A stretch of DNA of 64,000 nucleotides from Alphaproteobacteria bacterium (GCA_947481575.1 CANKGV010000004.1:5487-69486), one strand, 5' to 3'; shown: positions 37,547-48,493, numbered from the stretch's first letter. Notes: generated from the letters alone by a model not told the origin. Translations and numbers: made by a program.

Positions 37547-40483
37547 TTATTCGGTGGGCGTGGCGGAACGTGGGTCCGGCACATGCTCCTGGAAACGTAG
37601 GTAGACCCGGCGCTCAGCTTCGACAAGTGCCGACTGCAAGGCGGCAAAGTCGACAAATCCGGCGAAGCGAGCGATCGCCGCCCGGACGCCATCGGGTGCC
37701 GTAGTGGCGTCGAACGCGGCCGCCGAACACTGTCGCAGGAACATTTGCACCGTGCGCAACAGCACGGTCGCGGGCACAAGGTCGTTGGCGACGGCGGGCG
37801 CGACTTGGCCGGCCGTGGCGAGCGCGCGATATGCCGCGGCCGTATCCGGGTTGACGACTTCTGGGTGGGTGCCGGCGGCGCGCACCTGCAGGTATTGGCA
37901 CAGCATTTCCGCGTCCATCAGCCCGCCGCGGACATACTTCACATTCCACGGATCGGCGCTCGGATGTTCCTGCGCGACCCTGGCGCGCAGCCAGGCGACG
38001 TCGTTGCGGAAGGCGCCTGGGTCGATGCGCGAGGCGAGCGTCGCGCGGATGCCGTCCGTGGTACGCGCCCCGAGCGCCGCATCGCCCGCAACGAACCGCG
38101 CGCGGGTCATCGCCATGCGTTCCAGGGTCCATGCCTGGTCGCGCTGGTAGCGCAGAAAGGTCTCCAGCAGGGTTGCTGCGGTGCCCTTGGATCCCGATGG
38201 CCGCAAGCGAGTGTCGACCTCATAGAGGCGCCCTTCGGCAGTCGGTGCGCTGATCGCGGACACGAGGCGCTGGGCCAGCCGCGCGAAGTACTGCGCCGCC
38301 GGCAACCGGCGCGGGCCGTCCGACGGCACGTCGATACCCGGGCAATCATAGATCAGCAGGAGATCGAGGTCGGAACTGGCGGTCATCTCGCGGGCGCCCA
38401 ACTTTCCCAACGCGATGACCGCGAAGGCCGATTCGGCAACCAAGCCGTGGGACTTGGCAAACTCCGCACTGACCCGGCGCAACAAGATGCCGATCGCCGC
38501 TTCCGCGACGTCGCTGTTCATGCGGCCGGCGGCGGTAGCGTCCGCTCGGCCGCGCAACATCTGCACTCCGATCTGAAAGTGGCGCTCGGCCACCCAGCGG
38601 CGCGTGCGGTCGAGCGCCTCCTCGAACGCACTCCCGATGAGGGCCGCCTCCAAATCGGCAGTAAGCGCCTCCGGCGGCGGCAGCGGGTCGAGGAATGCGG
38701 GCTGCAATACAACGTCGAGGACCCCAGGGCGGGTACTCAGTGCCTGGGCCAAGCGCGGCGCCGTGCCCATCACCTCGGCCACCAGCGCAAGAAGCTCCGG
38801 GTGGGCTTGGAACAGCGAAAACAGCTGCACGCCGGCGGGAAGCGCCGCGAGCATCGTGTCAAAGCTTAGAAGCGCGGCGTCGGGGTAGGCTGTGCCTCCG
38901 AAAGCCCGGACGATGGCGGGAAGAAGGTCGCCGAGCAGGGCGCGGGCTCTCGGCGACCGCGTGGCCCGATAGCGGCCCTGCAGCCACGTCGCGATGACGT
39001 CCGCCACCGCGCTGGGGTTCTGGAATCCGGCGGACCGCAACGCGGTGAATCCATCGGCAGCCTGCGCTGAACCGGTGAATGCCGGGCGGTTGGCATCGGC
39101 GGCCGCGGTCTGCTCGAACAGCCGGTCGTAGTGCCTCGCAACCAACTCCATTTGACCGCGGAGTTCCACCTCGAGGCGTTCGGGTTCGTCATAGCCCAGG
39201 AATGTCGCGAAGCGCTTGAAGCCGGGGTCGTCCTCCGGAATGGTGTGGGTCTGCTCGTCGCCGATCATTTGGATGCGATGCTCGGCGGTGCGGAGCGTGC
39301 GATAGGCGGTGGTCAGTTCGCCCGCGACCGCCGCCGTGATCACTCCGGAGGCCGCCAACGCGGCCAAGGCGCCGCACGTGTCGGGGACGCGCAGACGCGG
39401 ATCGCGCCCGCCGGCAACGAGTTGCTGGGTTTGTGCGAAGAATTCGATCTCCCGGATCCCGCCGCGACCCACTTTGACGTTGTGCCCGCGCACCCGGATT
39501 TCGCCATGCCCGTAGTGAGCGTGGATGCGGCTCTTCATCGCATGAATGTCGGCGATGGCAGCGAAGTCGAGATTCTTGCGCCACAAGAACGGTGTGAGGC
39601 GCTTCAGGAAGGCCTCGCCAGCCGCGATATCGCCGGCGATGGCGCGGCCCTTGATCCACGCGGCCCGTTCCCAGCTTGCCCCAACGCTTTCGTAGTAGGC
39701 CTCGGCAGCCGGGAGCGAGACCGCCACCGGAGTAGCGTTGGCGTCCGGCCGGAGGCGCAGATCGACACGAAAGACGTAGCCGTCCGCGGTCCGGTCCTGA
39801 AGCACTCCGACCAAGTCTTGGGTGAGGCGGACAAACCGTTCTTCCGCCGCATCGCCCCATGCAAGAGCCTTTTCCGGATCCCACAGAATGATGGGGTCCA
39901 CGTCGCTGGAATAGTTGAGTTCACGGCCACCGAGCTTGCCCAGGGCGAACACGATATAGCCGCTGTTCACTCCGGGATCGGAGCCGGCCAGGCCGGCGCG
40001 CCGGAGCAAGGTCCGCACGGCCGCAGCGATTGCCGCATCGGCGAAGTCGCTAAGGGCCCGGGTGATCTTGGGCAGGTCCCAAACATTCCCGACGTCGGCG
40101 ACCGCGATCGTTACGGCCGCTCGCAGACGGAGTTGACGCAGGGTCCGTTTCAATCGTTCGAGGTCAGTGTCGCCGCTGTCCGCGGCCACCGATGCGGACA
40201 GTATCGCCGCGAGCGACTGTTCGGCGCCGCGCTCGGCCAACGACAGGAAGTGCTGTGGATCGGCGATCACCGCATGGCCGAGGAACGGGCTGTTGCCGAG
40301 AATCGCGTCTAGCAGGCCTGCGCCGGCGCGCTGTTTGGCCAGGTCCTTGAGCGCGAATTCCAGGCCGGTCCCGCCCCGTTCCCGCGCGGCCTCCAACAAC
40401 CGCTCGCGCAGAACCGCGGCCTGGCCGCCGTCGAATGCATTCGGCAGACGCTGGATCTCGGACAGGAGAGCGAAGGAGGCCAT
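37547..40483 (-). CDS. glnE: Glutamine synthetase adenylyltransferase/deadenylase
   Basis: Two nucleotidyltransferase domains: LGKLGGRELNYSSDVD, RVDLRLRP, GGIREIEF; LGKLGAREM..SSDLD, YEVDTRLRPSG. Confidence 0.95.
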   Translation of the reverse strand: MASFALLSEIQRLPNAFDGGQAAVLRERLLEAARERGGTGLEFALKDLAKQRAGAGLLDAILGNSPFLGHAVIADPQHFLSLAERGAEQSLAAILSASVAADSGDTDLERLKRTLRQLRLRAAVTIAVADVGNVWDLPKITRALSDFADAAIAAAVRTLLRRAGLAGSDPGVNSGYIVFALGKLGGRELNYSSDVDPIILWDPEKALAWGDAAEERFVRLTQDLVGVLQDRTADGYVFRVDLRLRPDANATPVAVSLPAAEAYYESVGASWERAAWIKGRAIAGDIAAGEAFLKRLTPFLWRKNLDFAAIADIHAMKSRIHAHYGHGEIRVRGHNVKVGRGGIREIEFFAQTQQLVAGGRDPRLRVPDTCGALAALAASGVITAAVAGELTTAYRTLRTAEHRIQMIGDEQTHTIPEDDPGFKRFATFLGYDEPERLEVELRGQMELVARHYDRLFEQTAAADANRPAFTGSAQAADGFTALRSAGFQNPSAVADVIATWLQGRYRATRSPRARALLGDLLPAIVRAFGGTAYPDAALLSFDTMLAALPAGVQLFSLFQAHPELLALVAEVMGTAPRLAQALSTRPGVLDVVLQPAFLDPLPPPEALTADLEAALIGSAFEEALDRTRRWVAERHFQIGVQMLRGRADATAAGRMNSDVAEAAIGILLRRVSAEFAKSHGLVAESAFAVIALGKLGAREMTASSDLDLLLIYDCPGIDVPSDGPRRLPAAQYFARLAQRLVSAISAPTAEGRLYEVDTRLRPSGSKGTAATLLETFLRYQRDQAWTLERMAMTRARFVAGDAALGARTTDGIRATLASRIDPGAFRNDVAWLRARVAQEHPSADPWNVKYVRGGLMDAEMLCQYLQVRAAGTHPEVVNPDTAAAYRALATAGQVAPAVANDLVPATVLLRTVQMFLRQCSAAAFDATTAPDGVRAAIARFAGFVDFAALQSALVEAERRVYLRFQEHVPDPRSATPTE

Positions 40484-40624
40484 GGTGGGGTCAAGGCAAG
40501 GTCCGCCGCGACGGCTACCCCCGTCAAGGCTCCAGCCTGATTTTTGCCATAAGTCGGGCCTAGTCGGCGTGGTAATAGGTTGGGCCGGCCAGGATCGGCC
40601 TCAGGCAGCGGGAACGGAGCAGTA

Positions 40625-43600
40625 TTGGTCAAACCCGCAACCAAAGTGCTGGTGCGCGTGCTGGCTGCCGGTCTGGCAGGCGGTGCTGCCGTGATGGCAG
40701 CGGCGACGTGGCTGATTGCGGCAGGGCCAATCTCCGTCGCATTCCTCTCGCCCTATTTCGAGCGGTCGTTGCGCTTCGAGGACGCGGGCCTCCATGTCGC
40801 CATTGGGGACACGGTGCTGGCCTGGGGCGGCTGGCAGCGGAATGTCGATCTGCGTGCCGTGAATGTTCGAGTTCTCGATGCCGGCAACAACGTGTTGGCC
40901 AGTGCACCCGAGGTTTCCATCGCGCTCTCGGGCCAAGCCTTGTTGCGCGGGATATTTGCGCCGACGGCAATCGAGTTCTTTCACCCTGAGCTGAGGTTTG
41001 CGCGTGACGCCGACGGGAGATTCTCGTTTGGCAAGCCGCAGGCCGGGGCGGGAGACACGAGCGGCATGATCCAGGCGTTGCTCGCAGCGCTCAGCGCCGG
41101 CGGTCAGGCGGGGACGCCGGCGGCGTACCTCCAGGAACTAGCGATCACCGACGGCGTGCTGTGGCTCGACGACGCGGTTGCCGGCCAGACTTGGCATGCC
41201 CCGGCCGTTGACGCGACAGTGCAGCGCAGCACCGAAGGCGTTGCGGTGAAGATGCAGGCCGGCCTGGACGTTGGCGGCACCAGCATTCGGATCGGCGGGA
41301 CCGCAGCGTTTTCCCAGGCCAAAGGCGAACTGCAGGTCGCCATCGACCTCGCCGACCTCAATCCGGGACGCTTATTGGCTGCAGCGGGGCCTCGGCCTGC
41401 GGTGCCGGTCTCGGCGCTCGACTACGCAGCCGGCCTGGACGCGCCGGTAACCGGGCGTGTCGGGGCGGTGATTGGTGCGGATGGCGCCGTTCGCCGCTTC
41501 GACTTTGACATCACGGCCGGCGCGGGCCGGTTGGCGATTCCAGAAATCTGGAACGTGACTCAGTCGTTCAGTCAGATTTCAGCACGCGGCAGTGTACTGG
41601 AGGGGCTCCGCACGATCCGGCTCGACGACATGTTTGTCGCGAAAGGGGCGGCGCAAGCCCAAGGCAGTGTCATCGTTGCGATCGAGCCAGTTGGCGTTGG
41701 TCTAACGATCGACGCCACCTGGAAGAGCCTGCCGGCGGACCAGCTTGAGGCGCTGTGGCCGCGCGAACTCGCGCCGTTCACGCGGGACTGGGTCACGCGG
41801 AACGTGCATAGCGGAATCGTCACCGAAGGTGGCGTCCACATGCACACCGACCCCGGGCGGTTGCGGGACCTGCCGCTGCGGCAGGACGAGATCGACATGA
41901 CGTTTGCCTACACTGGCGCCGTCACGACCTACTTGGACGGCCTGCCGGAACTGCGCGGAGCGCAGGGAACCGCGCATATGACAGGAACCACCTTCGACGC
42001 CGTGCTCGCACGGGGAACCATCGGCGAGATGGCGCTTAGCGAGGGGACCGTGCACATCGCCGGGCTGGACACGGCGATTCCGGTGATGACGGTAGACGTG
42101 GTCGCGAGTGGGCGAACTTCAGAGGCCGCCAAGATTCTCGGGACGCCGCCGTTGTCATTGGAGCTTCCCACGGGGATGCAGGGGACGATTTCTGCGCGCG
42201 GGCGCATTGTGTCGCCGGTGCACGAGGGCGTGAGCGTGCACGACGTCGGCTATGCGGTTGCCGCCAACTTGCGGGACTTCGCTCTTGCGGGCTTGCCCTA
42301 CGGTTTGTCTGTGTCCGCAGGAACGATCGCCGTGAAAGTGGACGGTGCAACCGCTTCCGGTCAGGGGACGTTGAACGTCAACGGCGTGCCGATGAACTTG
42401 GCGGTTCAGCATGCGTTTGCCAGCGGCGCCGCGGCGCCGACTCACACCACGGTTGGCGCAACCCTCGACGACGCGGGGCGTGCGGCGTTGGGTGTCGCGT
42501 TGGGGTCGTTCGTCACCGGTCCGGCGGTTGTCACAGCGGCGATCGACTCGGTCGGCTGGGAGTTGCGCCACGCCGACGTCACGATTGATCTGGTTGCGGC
42601 GGCGGTGAGCACGCCCGTCCCCGCGTGGGACAAGTCGCCGCGTTCGCCCGGCAAGGCGCACCTGGTTCTGGATGGCAGACCGGACGGAGCGATTGCAGTC
42701 CCCGCGGCGACCGTAACGCTGCCGGGACTCGCTGCGTCCGGTTCGATGTCGATCGACGTACGTGCAGGGTCCGCACGTGGCGAGTTCGCCGCCAACGGTT
42801 TGCCGGTGCGGGTGGAGTGGCACCTGGGCGGCGAGGGAGCTGCCGGTGCGCGCCTGTCGCTGGAAGCCGTCCTCGACGACACGATGCGGCGCGAACTTGG
42901 GTTCGACACGTCCACGTGGATGACCGGGCCCTTGGCCGCGAAGGTAGATGCCGATACGCGCGGGGCGGCGCTGAGTGGCGCCAAGGTAACGCTCAATTTA
43001 AAGGACGCGACGGTTACGTCGCCGATCTGGGACAAACTTGCCGGCACCGATGGCGTCGCCGAACTCACGTTGGTGCCTGATGCGCGCGGCAAGTTGCAGG
43101 TCTATTCCTACGCAGTGTCCGCGGCGGGCCTAGTATCGGCGGGCACCGTGGACCTCGATGGGCAGGGCGATCTCCTGCGTTTGACGATCGCACGGCTGGT
43201 GTTAGGCGAGACCAATCTCACCGGCACCATAACGCGGGCCGACGGCAATACGCTGACAGTGGAGGTGGCCGGGCCTGCGCTGGACCTGCGGCCGGTGTTC
43301 GAGCGTGAGAGCAGGCCGCATGAGCCCGAGACCAATCTGCCCGGTGTTGTGGTACGGGCCCGATTCGACCGGCTGTACCTGACCGACACGCTTGTATTCG
43401 CGACGCTGTCGGGGACCGCGACCTGGTCCGGAGTTTGGACCGGGATCGACGCCACGGCGCTGATGGCGGACGGCGAGCCCGTGCGCCTGAATCTCACCGG
43501 TACGTCTGGCGGCGCCGATGCCATCGTCACCACCGAGAACGGTGGCGAACTGGTCGGGACGCTGGGTATTTTGCAGGGCGTGAACGGCGGCCGGTTGCGC

Positions 43601-44158
43601 GCCGACATTCGGATGATTTACGCGCCCGCCGGCATGGTTGCTCAGGGCAAGGCGGTCTCGACGGCGTTCCGCCTCGAGCACGCCCCGGCACTAGCGCGGT
43701 TGTTCTCGCTGGCGTCGTTGCAGGGATTGGCGGACACGTTGCAAGGCGGCGGTTTCATCACCTTCACCGGCTTCGAGGCACCGTTCTCCTATGAGGGTGG
43801 CACCGTTTCGCTGGATCAAGCGCTGGCCAAGGGGCAGGCGATCGGCGTAGCGGTGCAGGGACAGTTTAATAAGGCGAAGGACAGCGTGAACCTTGAGGGC
43901 ACAGTCGTGCCGCTCTATCCGCTCAACTCGGTGCTGGGCAAGGTGCCGATTCTCGGGCCGCTGATTATCGGGGAAGGCCTATTGGCGACCGATTTTCGGG
44001 TGACCGGCAAGGCCAGCGAGCCGACCATGACCGTGAACCCGATCTCGGCGTTGACTCCGGGCATCACGAGGATTCTGAGCATGCCGTTCTTCGGCCTGGG
44101 AGGCACTCCGGAGCCGACTCCGCCAACCGGCGTGCCGCCCGAGGGGCAGCGCAACTAG
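40625..44158 (+). CDS. yhdP: YhdP/AsmA-2 family (DUF3971) intermembrane lipid-transport protein
   Basis: GGAG plus TTG start; N-terminal TM, GPIS..FL.P, LWP......RDW, C-terminal GT.VP.Y.LN...G..P.LG and VNP.SALTPG. Confidence 0.85.
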   Translation: MVKPATKVLVRVLAAGLAGGAAVMAAATWLIAAGPISVAFLSPYFERSLRFEDAGLHVAIGDTVLAWGGWQRNVDLRAVNVRVLDAGNNVLASAPEVSIALSGQALLRGIFAPTAIEFFHPELRFARDADGRFSFGKPQAGAGDTSGMIQALLAALSAGGQAGTPAAYLQELAITDGVLWLDDAVAGQTWHAPAVDATVQRSTEGVAVKMQAGLDVGGTSIRIGGTAAFSQAKGELQVAIDLADLNPGRLLAAAGPRPAVPVSALDYAAGLDAPVTGRVGAVIGADGAVRRFDFDITAGAGRLAIPEIWNVTQSFSQISARGSVLEGLRTIRLDDMFVAKGAAQAQGSVIVAIEPVGVGLTIDATWKSLPADQLEALWPRELAPFTRDWVTRNVHSGIVTEGGVHMHTDPGRLRDLPLRQDEIDMTFAYTGAVTTYLDGLPELRGAQGTAHMTGTTFDAVLARGTIGEMALSEGTVHIAGLDTAIPVMTVDVVASGRTSEAAKILGTPPLSLELPTGMQGTISARGRIVSPVHEGVSVHDVGYAVAANLRDFALAGLPYGLSVSAGTIAVKVDGATASGQGTLNVNGVPMNLAVQHAFASGAAAPTHTTVGATLDDAGRAALGVALGSFVTGPAVVTAAIDSVGWELRHADVTIDLVAAAVSTPVPAWDKSPRSPGKAHLVLDGRPDGAIAVPAATVTLPGLAASGSMSIDVRAGSARGEFAANGLPVRVEWHLGGEGAAGARLSLEAVLDDTMRRELGFDTSTWMTGPLAAKVDADTRGAALSGAKVTLNLKDATVTSPIWDKLAGTDGVAELTLVPDARGKLQVYSYAVSAAGLVSAGTVDLDGQGDLLRLTIARLVLGETNLTGTITRADGNTLTVEVAGPALDLRPVFERESRPHEPETNLPGVVVRARFDRLYLTDTLVFATLSGTATWSGVWTGIDATALMADGEPVRLNLTGTSGGADAIVTTENGGELVGTLGILQGVNGGRLRADIRMIYAPAGMVAQGKAVSTAFRLEHAPALARLFSLASLQGLADTLQGGGFITFTGFEAPFSYEGGTVSLDQALAKGQAIGVAVQGQFNKAKDSVNLEGTVVPLYPLNSVLGKVPILGPLIIGEGLLATDFRVTGKASEPTMTVNPISALTPGITRILSMPFFGLGGTPEPTPPTGVPPEGQRN

Positions 44159-44162
44159 GCAA

Positions 44163-44432
44163 ATGGTGCGCGTCAGTTTCACGCCCAATCTCGCGCGGCA
44201 TGTTGCTTGCCCGCCGCAGCGGGTCGGCGGTAGCACCGTGCGCGCAGCGCTCGATGCGGTGTTTAGCGGCAATCCCAATCTGCGTTCGTACGTCCTCGAC
44301 GATCAGGGCAGATTGCGCAAACATGTGAACATATTTCTGAACGACGAATCGGTGCGCGACCGCGACGGCCTGTCTGACGCTGTTGCGCCCGGTGACGAAG
44401 TATTCGTGTTCCAAGCACTGTCGGGGGGGTAA
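44163..44432 (+). CDS. MoaD/ThiS family ubiquitin-like protein
   Basis: TVRAALD, YVLDDQG.LR.HVNIF.N, C-terminal ALSGG. Confidence 0.92.
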   Translation: MVRVSFTPNLARHVACPPQRVGGSTVRAALDAVFSGNPNLRSYVLDDQGRLRKHVNIFLNDESVRDRDGLSDAVAPGDEVFVFQALSGG

Positions 44433-44434
44433 CG

Positions 44435-45517
44435 ATGGCCGGCACGCTCTATATTTCCAGCAGGAAGGGGCTGTTCGCGGTCCGCAAGCGCGGACGCTCA
44501 TGGAGCGTTGGTGCACCTGCGTTCCTGGGCGAGCCGGTCTCGGCGGTGTTCGCCGACCCACGCACCGGCCTGCTGCTCGCAGCGCTTCGTCTGGGCCACT
44601 TCGGCGTGAAGCTCCACCGGTCGGAAGACGGCGGCAAGACCTGGAGCGAGACTCCGGCGCCGGCATTCCCTAAAACGAGCGACGATCCCAAGCATGGGCC
44701 TTCGGTCGACACGCTGTGGAACTTCACCGCCGGCGGGGCCGACCAGCCCGGCGTGATCTGGTGCGGCACGATCCCGGGCGGCTTGTTCCGCAGCGGCGAC
44801 GACGGTCTCACTTGGGCGCTGGTCGAGACACTCTGGAACCGTCCTGAGCGCGCCAAGTGGATGGGCGTGGGCGGAGATCAGCCGGGCATCGGGACGGTCT
44901 TGGTGGACCCGCGCGATTCGAACAAGCTGACGCTGGGCATCTCGACCGGCGGCGTGTGGAAGTCCGACGACGGTGCGAAGACGTGGCGCCAAGCGGGCTT
45001 CGGGATGCGCAACGAATATCTGCCGCCGGACAAGGCTGGCGACCCGGCGATGCAGGACGTGCACCGCATCGCGTCCCCCGCCGCGGATCCGCGGGTGGTG
45101 TGGTGCCAGCATCACAACGGCATCTTCCGGTCGGCCGATGGTGGCGAGAATTTCCGCGAGATCAAAAAGGTGAAGCCGTCCGTGTTCGGGTTTGCCGTAG
45201 TCGCGCACCCGCACGACGCCAAGACTGCGTGGTTCGTGCCGGGCGTGAAGGACGAGAAGCGCGTTGCGGTCGACGGCAAGCTCGTGGTGAACCGCACCAG
45301 CGATGGTGGCAAGACCTTTGAGCCGCTGAACCGGGGCCTACCCAAGGTCGGCTGCTACGACCTGATCTATCGCCATGCGCTGACGGTGGACGACAGCGGC
45401 GACCGCCTCGCATTTGGCTCCACCACGGGCAACCTGTGGATCAGCGAGAACGGCGGCAAGGCGTGGACCCAAGTATCCTGCTACCTGCCGCCGATCGCCG
45501 CGGTGAACTGGGGCTAG
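44435..45517 (+). CDS. Cytoplasmic BNR/Asp-box beta-propeller protein (sialidase-like)
   Basis: Six S.D.G.TW-type Asp boxes; no signal peptide. Confidence 0.88.
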   Translation: MAGTLYISSRKGLFAVRKRGRSWSVGAPAFLGEPVSAVFADPRTGLLLAALRLGHFGVKLHRSEDGGKTWSETPAPAFPKTSDDPKHGPSVDTLWNFTAGGADQPGVIWCGTIPGGLFRSGDDGLTWALVETLWNRPERAKWMGVGGDQPGIGTVLVDPRDSNKLTLGISTGGVWKSDDGAKTWRQAGFGMRNEYLPPDKAGDPAMQDVHRIASPAADPRVVWCQHHNGIFRSADGGENFREIKKVKPSVFGFAVVAHPHDAKTAWFVPGVKDEKRVAVDGKLVVNRTSDGGKTFEPLNRGLPKVGCYDLIYRHALTVDDSGDRLAFGSTTGNLWISENGGKAWTQVSCYLPPIAAVNWG

Positions 45518-45552
45518 CGGCGTTGCTGTGACGGGTGAGGGCGCCCGGCCCG

Positions 45553-46446
45553 CTACCGCGGCGGCATCGGAGGGAGTGGAGTCATGGGCAGGCGCAGGCC
45601 GTCCGGTACGATGTTCGGATTGTCGAGGTAGCGTAGCTTCTCGCCGATGTCGCAATCGGGGGCGTAGCGCCGATTGATTTTGGCGCCGGGGATCTGCGGA
45701 CCAAACGCCTGGACCGGAATCGCGCGCAGGGGCGCAGGAAGGTCGCCGGCCATTTCCAGGATCAACTTGCGCTGGATCGCGTCGCCGAACGCTTCGAACC
45801 CATCGGCCGCGATGACAAACGAACCCGGGCCGCCGATCACGCATTCCTCGTAGTACACGTCGAGGTCCGGCAGGTTGAAGTTACCGCCGTCGTCGGTGAG
45901 GATCGGCAAGCCGTTGATGGTGACGCCGTCTCGCACCAGCGCGTCGCGGGCGAAGTTGAGGATGCCACCGGCGCTGTTGGGGCCGTCGCCGGATACGTCC
46001 AATACCCTACGCGCCGGAGTCACGCCCGCTGTGACGAACAGCGTCGAGGCCAATCCGAACAGCGATGTGATCGAGGTCCCGGAGCCCCGCCCGACCGGAA
46101 CGAGTTCTAGGCGCGCCGCGAGTTCTTCGGCGTCTGCCGCCGACCCGATCACCTGCCACGTGGCGACGATGCGCCACTGGCTCACTCCGGACCACTCGAC
46201 GTAGGTGACGGCGATGCGCCCCTGGCGCCCGTTGCGGATCGCTTGCACAACCTTCGGATTGCGAAAGGCGTCGATATAGCCTTGGCGCTGGAAGTACCCC
46301 TCGCGGTCATCGACGCTGGGCGAGATGTCCACGGCCAGGATGAGCGCGAGGTCGACAGGGATTGGCCTGGGCGCCTGGGCGCCGGCATCGGCGGCCGCGA
46401 ATAGGCCCAGTGCGGTGAACGCTGCGACGAGGCGGGGGGCGCGCAT
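45553..46446 (-). CDS. DUF1194 family vWA-like exported protein
   Basis: Signal peptide; VDLAL.LAVDISPS (MIDAS), YVEWS, DVSGDG, INGLPI, VIGGPGSFV. Confidence 0.9.
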   Translation of the reverse strand: MRAPRLVAAFTALGLFAAADAGAQAPRPIPVDLALILAVDISPSVDDREGYFQRQGYIDAFRNPKVVQAIRNGRQGRIAVTYVEWSGVSQWRIVATWQVIGSAADAEELAARLELVPVGRGSGTSITSLFGLASTLFVTAGVTPARRVLDVSGDGPNSAGGILNFARDALVRDGVTINGLPILTDDGGNFNLPDLDVYYEECVIGGPGSFVIAADGFEAFGDAIQRKLILEMAGDLPAPLRAIPVQAFGPQIPGAKINRRYAPDCDIGEKLRYLDNPNIVPDGLRLPMTPLPPMPPR

Positions 46447-46478
46447 GCGGCGATGCTAGCGCGCGAGAGTATGCGCGG

Positions 46479-47735
46479 CTACCCGGCCAGTATGCCGATG
46501 GCGTGGCGCTTCTTGCCCACGGAAAGCTTGAGCGTGCTGTCTGGACCAAGATCAGTGGCCGTGACCGGCGCCGTTTCGTCGGCGATCGGCCTGTCGTTCA
46601 GGCGCACGCCGCCAGCGCGAATCATACGCCGCGCCTCACCCTTGGAAGCGACCAGGCCGGAGGCAGCGACCACCTCGAACGCTGGAATCCCCGCCTTTAG
46701 CTGGCCGGCGTCGAGCGGGAAGGTCGGCAGCCCGGCGGCGGACTCGCCTTCTTCGAACGTGCGGCGCGCGGTTTCACGGGCCTCGGTTGCCGCGGCATCG
46801 CCGTGGCACAGCCGCGTGGCCTCGGTAGCGAGTACTACTTTGGCTTCGTTCGACTCCGCGCCCTGCAGCGCTTCGAGGCGCCCGATCTCGCCTTCCGGCA
46901 AGTCGGTAAATAGGCGCAGGAACCGGCCGACGTCGCCGTCCAGGGTGTTGCGCCAGAACTGCCAGTAGTCGTAGGGCGACACGCGGTCGGCGTTGAGCCA
47001 CACCGCGCCCTGGGCGGTCTTGCCCATCTTGGCGCCCGCCGCGGTGGTGATGAGCGGCGAGGTCAGGCCCAACAATTCGCGGCCAGCGACGCGGCGGCCG
47101 AGTTCGATGCCGCTGACGATGTTGCCCCACTGGTCAGAGCCACCCATCTGCAGTGTGCAGTTCAGGCGGCGCGCCAGTTCGACGAAGTCATAGGCCTGCA
47201 GCACCATGTAGTTGAATTCCAGGAACGACAGCGGCTGGTCGCGGTCCAGGCGCAGCTTGACGCTTTCCATGGTCAGCATGCGGTTGACCGAGAAATGGGC
47301 GCCGTAGTCGCGCAGGAAGGAGATGTAGCCGAGGCGGTCGAGCCACTCGGCGTTGTCGACCATCACCGCGTCGGTGGGGCCGTCGCCGAACTTCAGGAAC
47401 TGGCTGAAGACCTTCCGGATGCCGTCCTTGTTGGCGGCGATATCGGCGTCGGTCAGGACCTTGCGCGATTCATCTTTGCCGCTGGGGTCGCCGACCTTGG
47501 TGGTGCCGCCGCCCATGAGGACGATCGGCTTGTGGCCGGTCTGCTGCATGCGGCGCAGCATCATGATCGGCACCAAGCTGCCGACGTGCAGGCTGTTGGC
47601 GGTGCAGTCGAAGCCGATGTAGCCGGTGATGATGCCGGCCGCGGCCTTGGCATCCAGGGCCTCGCGGTCGGTGATCTGGTGGACGTACCGGCGCTGTTCG
47701 AGGACCTGGAGGAGCTCGGAGCGCGCCGCGCTCAC
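46479..47735 (-). CDS. tyrS: Tyrosyl-tRNA synthetase
   Basis: [30 protein letters not shown]-terminal S4 domain. Confidence 0.97.
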   Translation of the reverse strand: MSAARSELLQVLEQRRYVHQITDREALDAKAAAGIITGYIGFDCTANSLHVGSLVPIMMLRRMQQTGHKPIVLMGGGTTKVGDPSGKDESRKVLTDADIAANKDGIRKVFSQFLKFGDGPTDAVMVDNAEWLDRLGYISFLRDYGAHFSVNRMLTMESVKLRLDRDQPLSFLEFNYMVLQAYDFVELARRLNCTLQMGGSDQWGNIVSGIELGRRVAGRELLGLTSPLITTAAGAKMGKTAQGAVWLNADRVSPYDYWQFWRNTLDGDVGRFLRLFTDLPEGEIGRLEALQGAESNEAKVVLATEATRLCHGDAAATEARETARRTFEEGESAAGLPTFPLDAGQLKAGIPAFEVVAASGLVASKGEARRMIRAGGVRLNDRPIADETAPVTATDLGPDSTLKLSVGKKRHAIGILAG

Positions 47736-48385
47736 TTCGCCGCCTCAGGCGCGAGGTGATGTTCGATATAGCGGTCGATGATGCCGGTCAGTTTCTCCAA
47801 CTCGTCGTCGAAGAAATGTCCGGCGCCAGCCACGGTCTCGTATTCAATGCCCGAGCCCTTCTGCGCCATCAGCTTCTGCGCAAGTTTGGCCACGTCCGGT
47901 TCGGGCACTACGTCGTCGGCGGTGCCCTGGACGATCAGGCCCTCGGACGGGCAGGGGGCCAGGAACGCGAAGTCATAGATGTTGGCGGGCGGCGCCACCG
48001 AGATGAACGCGTCGATCTCCGGCCGCCGCATCAGCAACTGCATCGAAATCCAGGCGCCGAAGGAGAAGCCGCTCACCCACGTGTGGGTCGCACCTGCGTG
48101 GTACATCTGCAGCCAGTCCAGGGCGGCGGCGGCGTCCGCCAACTCACCCTGGCCGTTGTCAAACGAGCCCTGGCTGCGGCCGACGCCGCGGAAATTGAAC
48201 CGCAGCACCGAAAAGCCCGCACGCGCGAACGCATGGAACACGTGGTAGACGACCTTGTTGTTCATGGTGCCGCCGAAGCGCGGATGCGGGTGCATCACCA
48301 GCGCAATCGGGGCATTGGCGCGCGGCGAGCGGTGGTACCGCCCTTCGAGCCTGCCTTCAGGGCCGTTGATTACGACGTCGGGCAT
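47732..48385 (-). CDS. Alpha/beta hydrolase (divergent from the isc operon)
   Basis: [25 protein letters not shown] nucleophile elbow, GHFF. Confidence 0.92.
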   Translation of the reverse strand: MPDVVINGPEGRLEGRYHRSPRANAPIALVMHPHPRFGGTMNNKVVYHVFHAFARAGFSVLRFNFRGVGRSQGSFDNGQGELADAAAALDWLQMYHAGATHTWVSGFSFGAWISMQLLMRRPEIDAFISVAPPANIYDFAFLAPCPSEGLIVQGTADDVVPEPDVAKLAQKLMAQKGSGIEYETVAGAGHFFDDELEKLTGIIDRYIEHHLAPEAAK

Positions 48386-48493
48386 AGTTCCTTAGCCGCG
48401 GCCCCTTTGGTGGACCGCCGGTTCCCCGCACACCCTAAAGACTGATGCATCAAGTCGGGATTACTTCCGCCGCAGTGAGTAAGCGCCGGTCAC

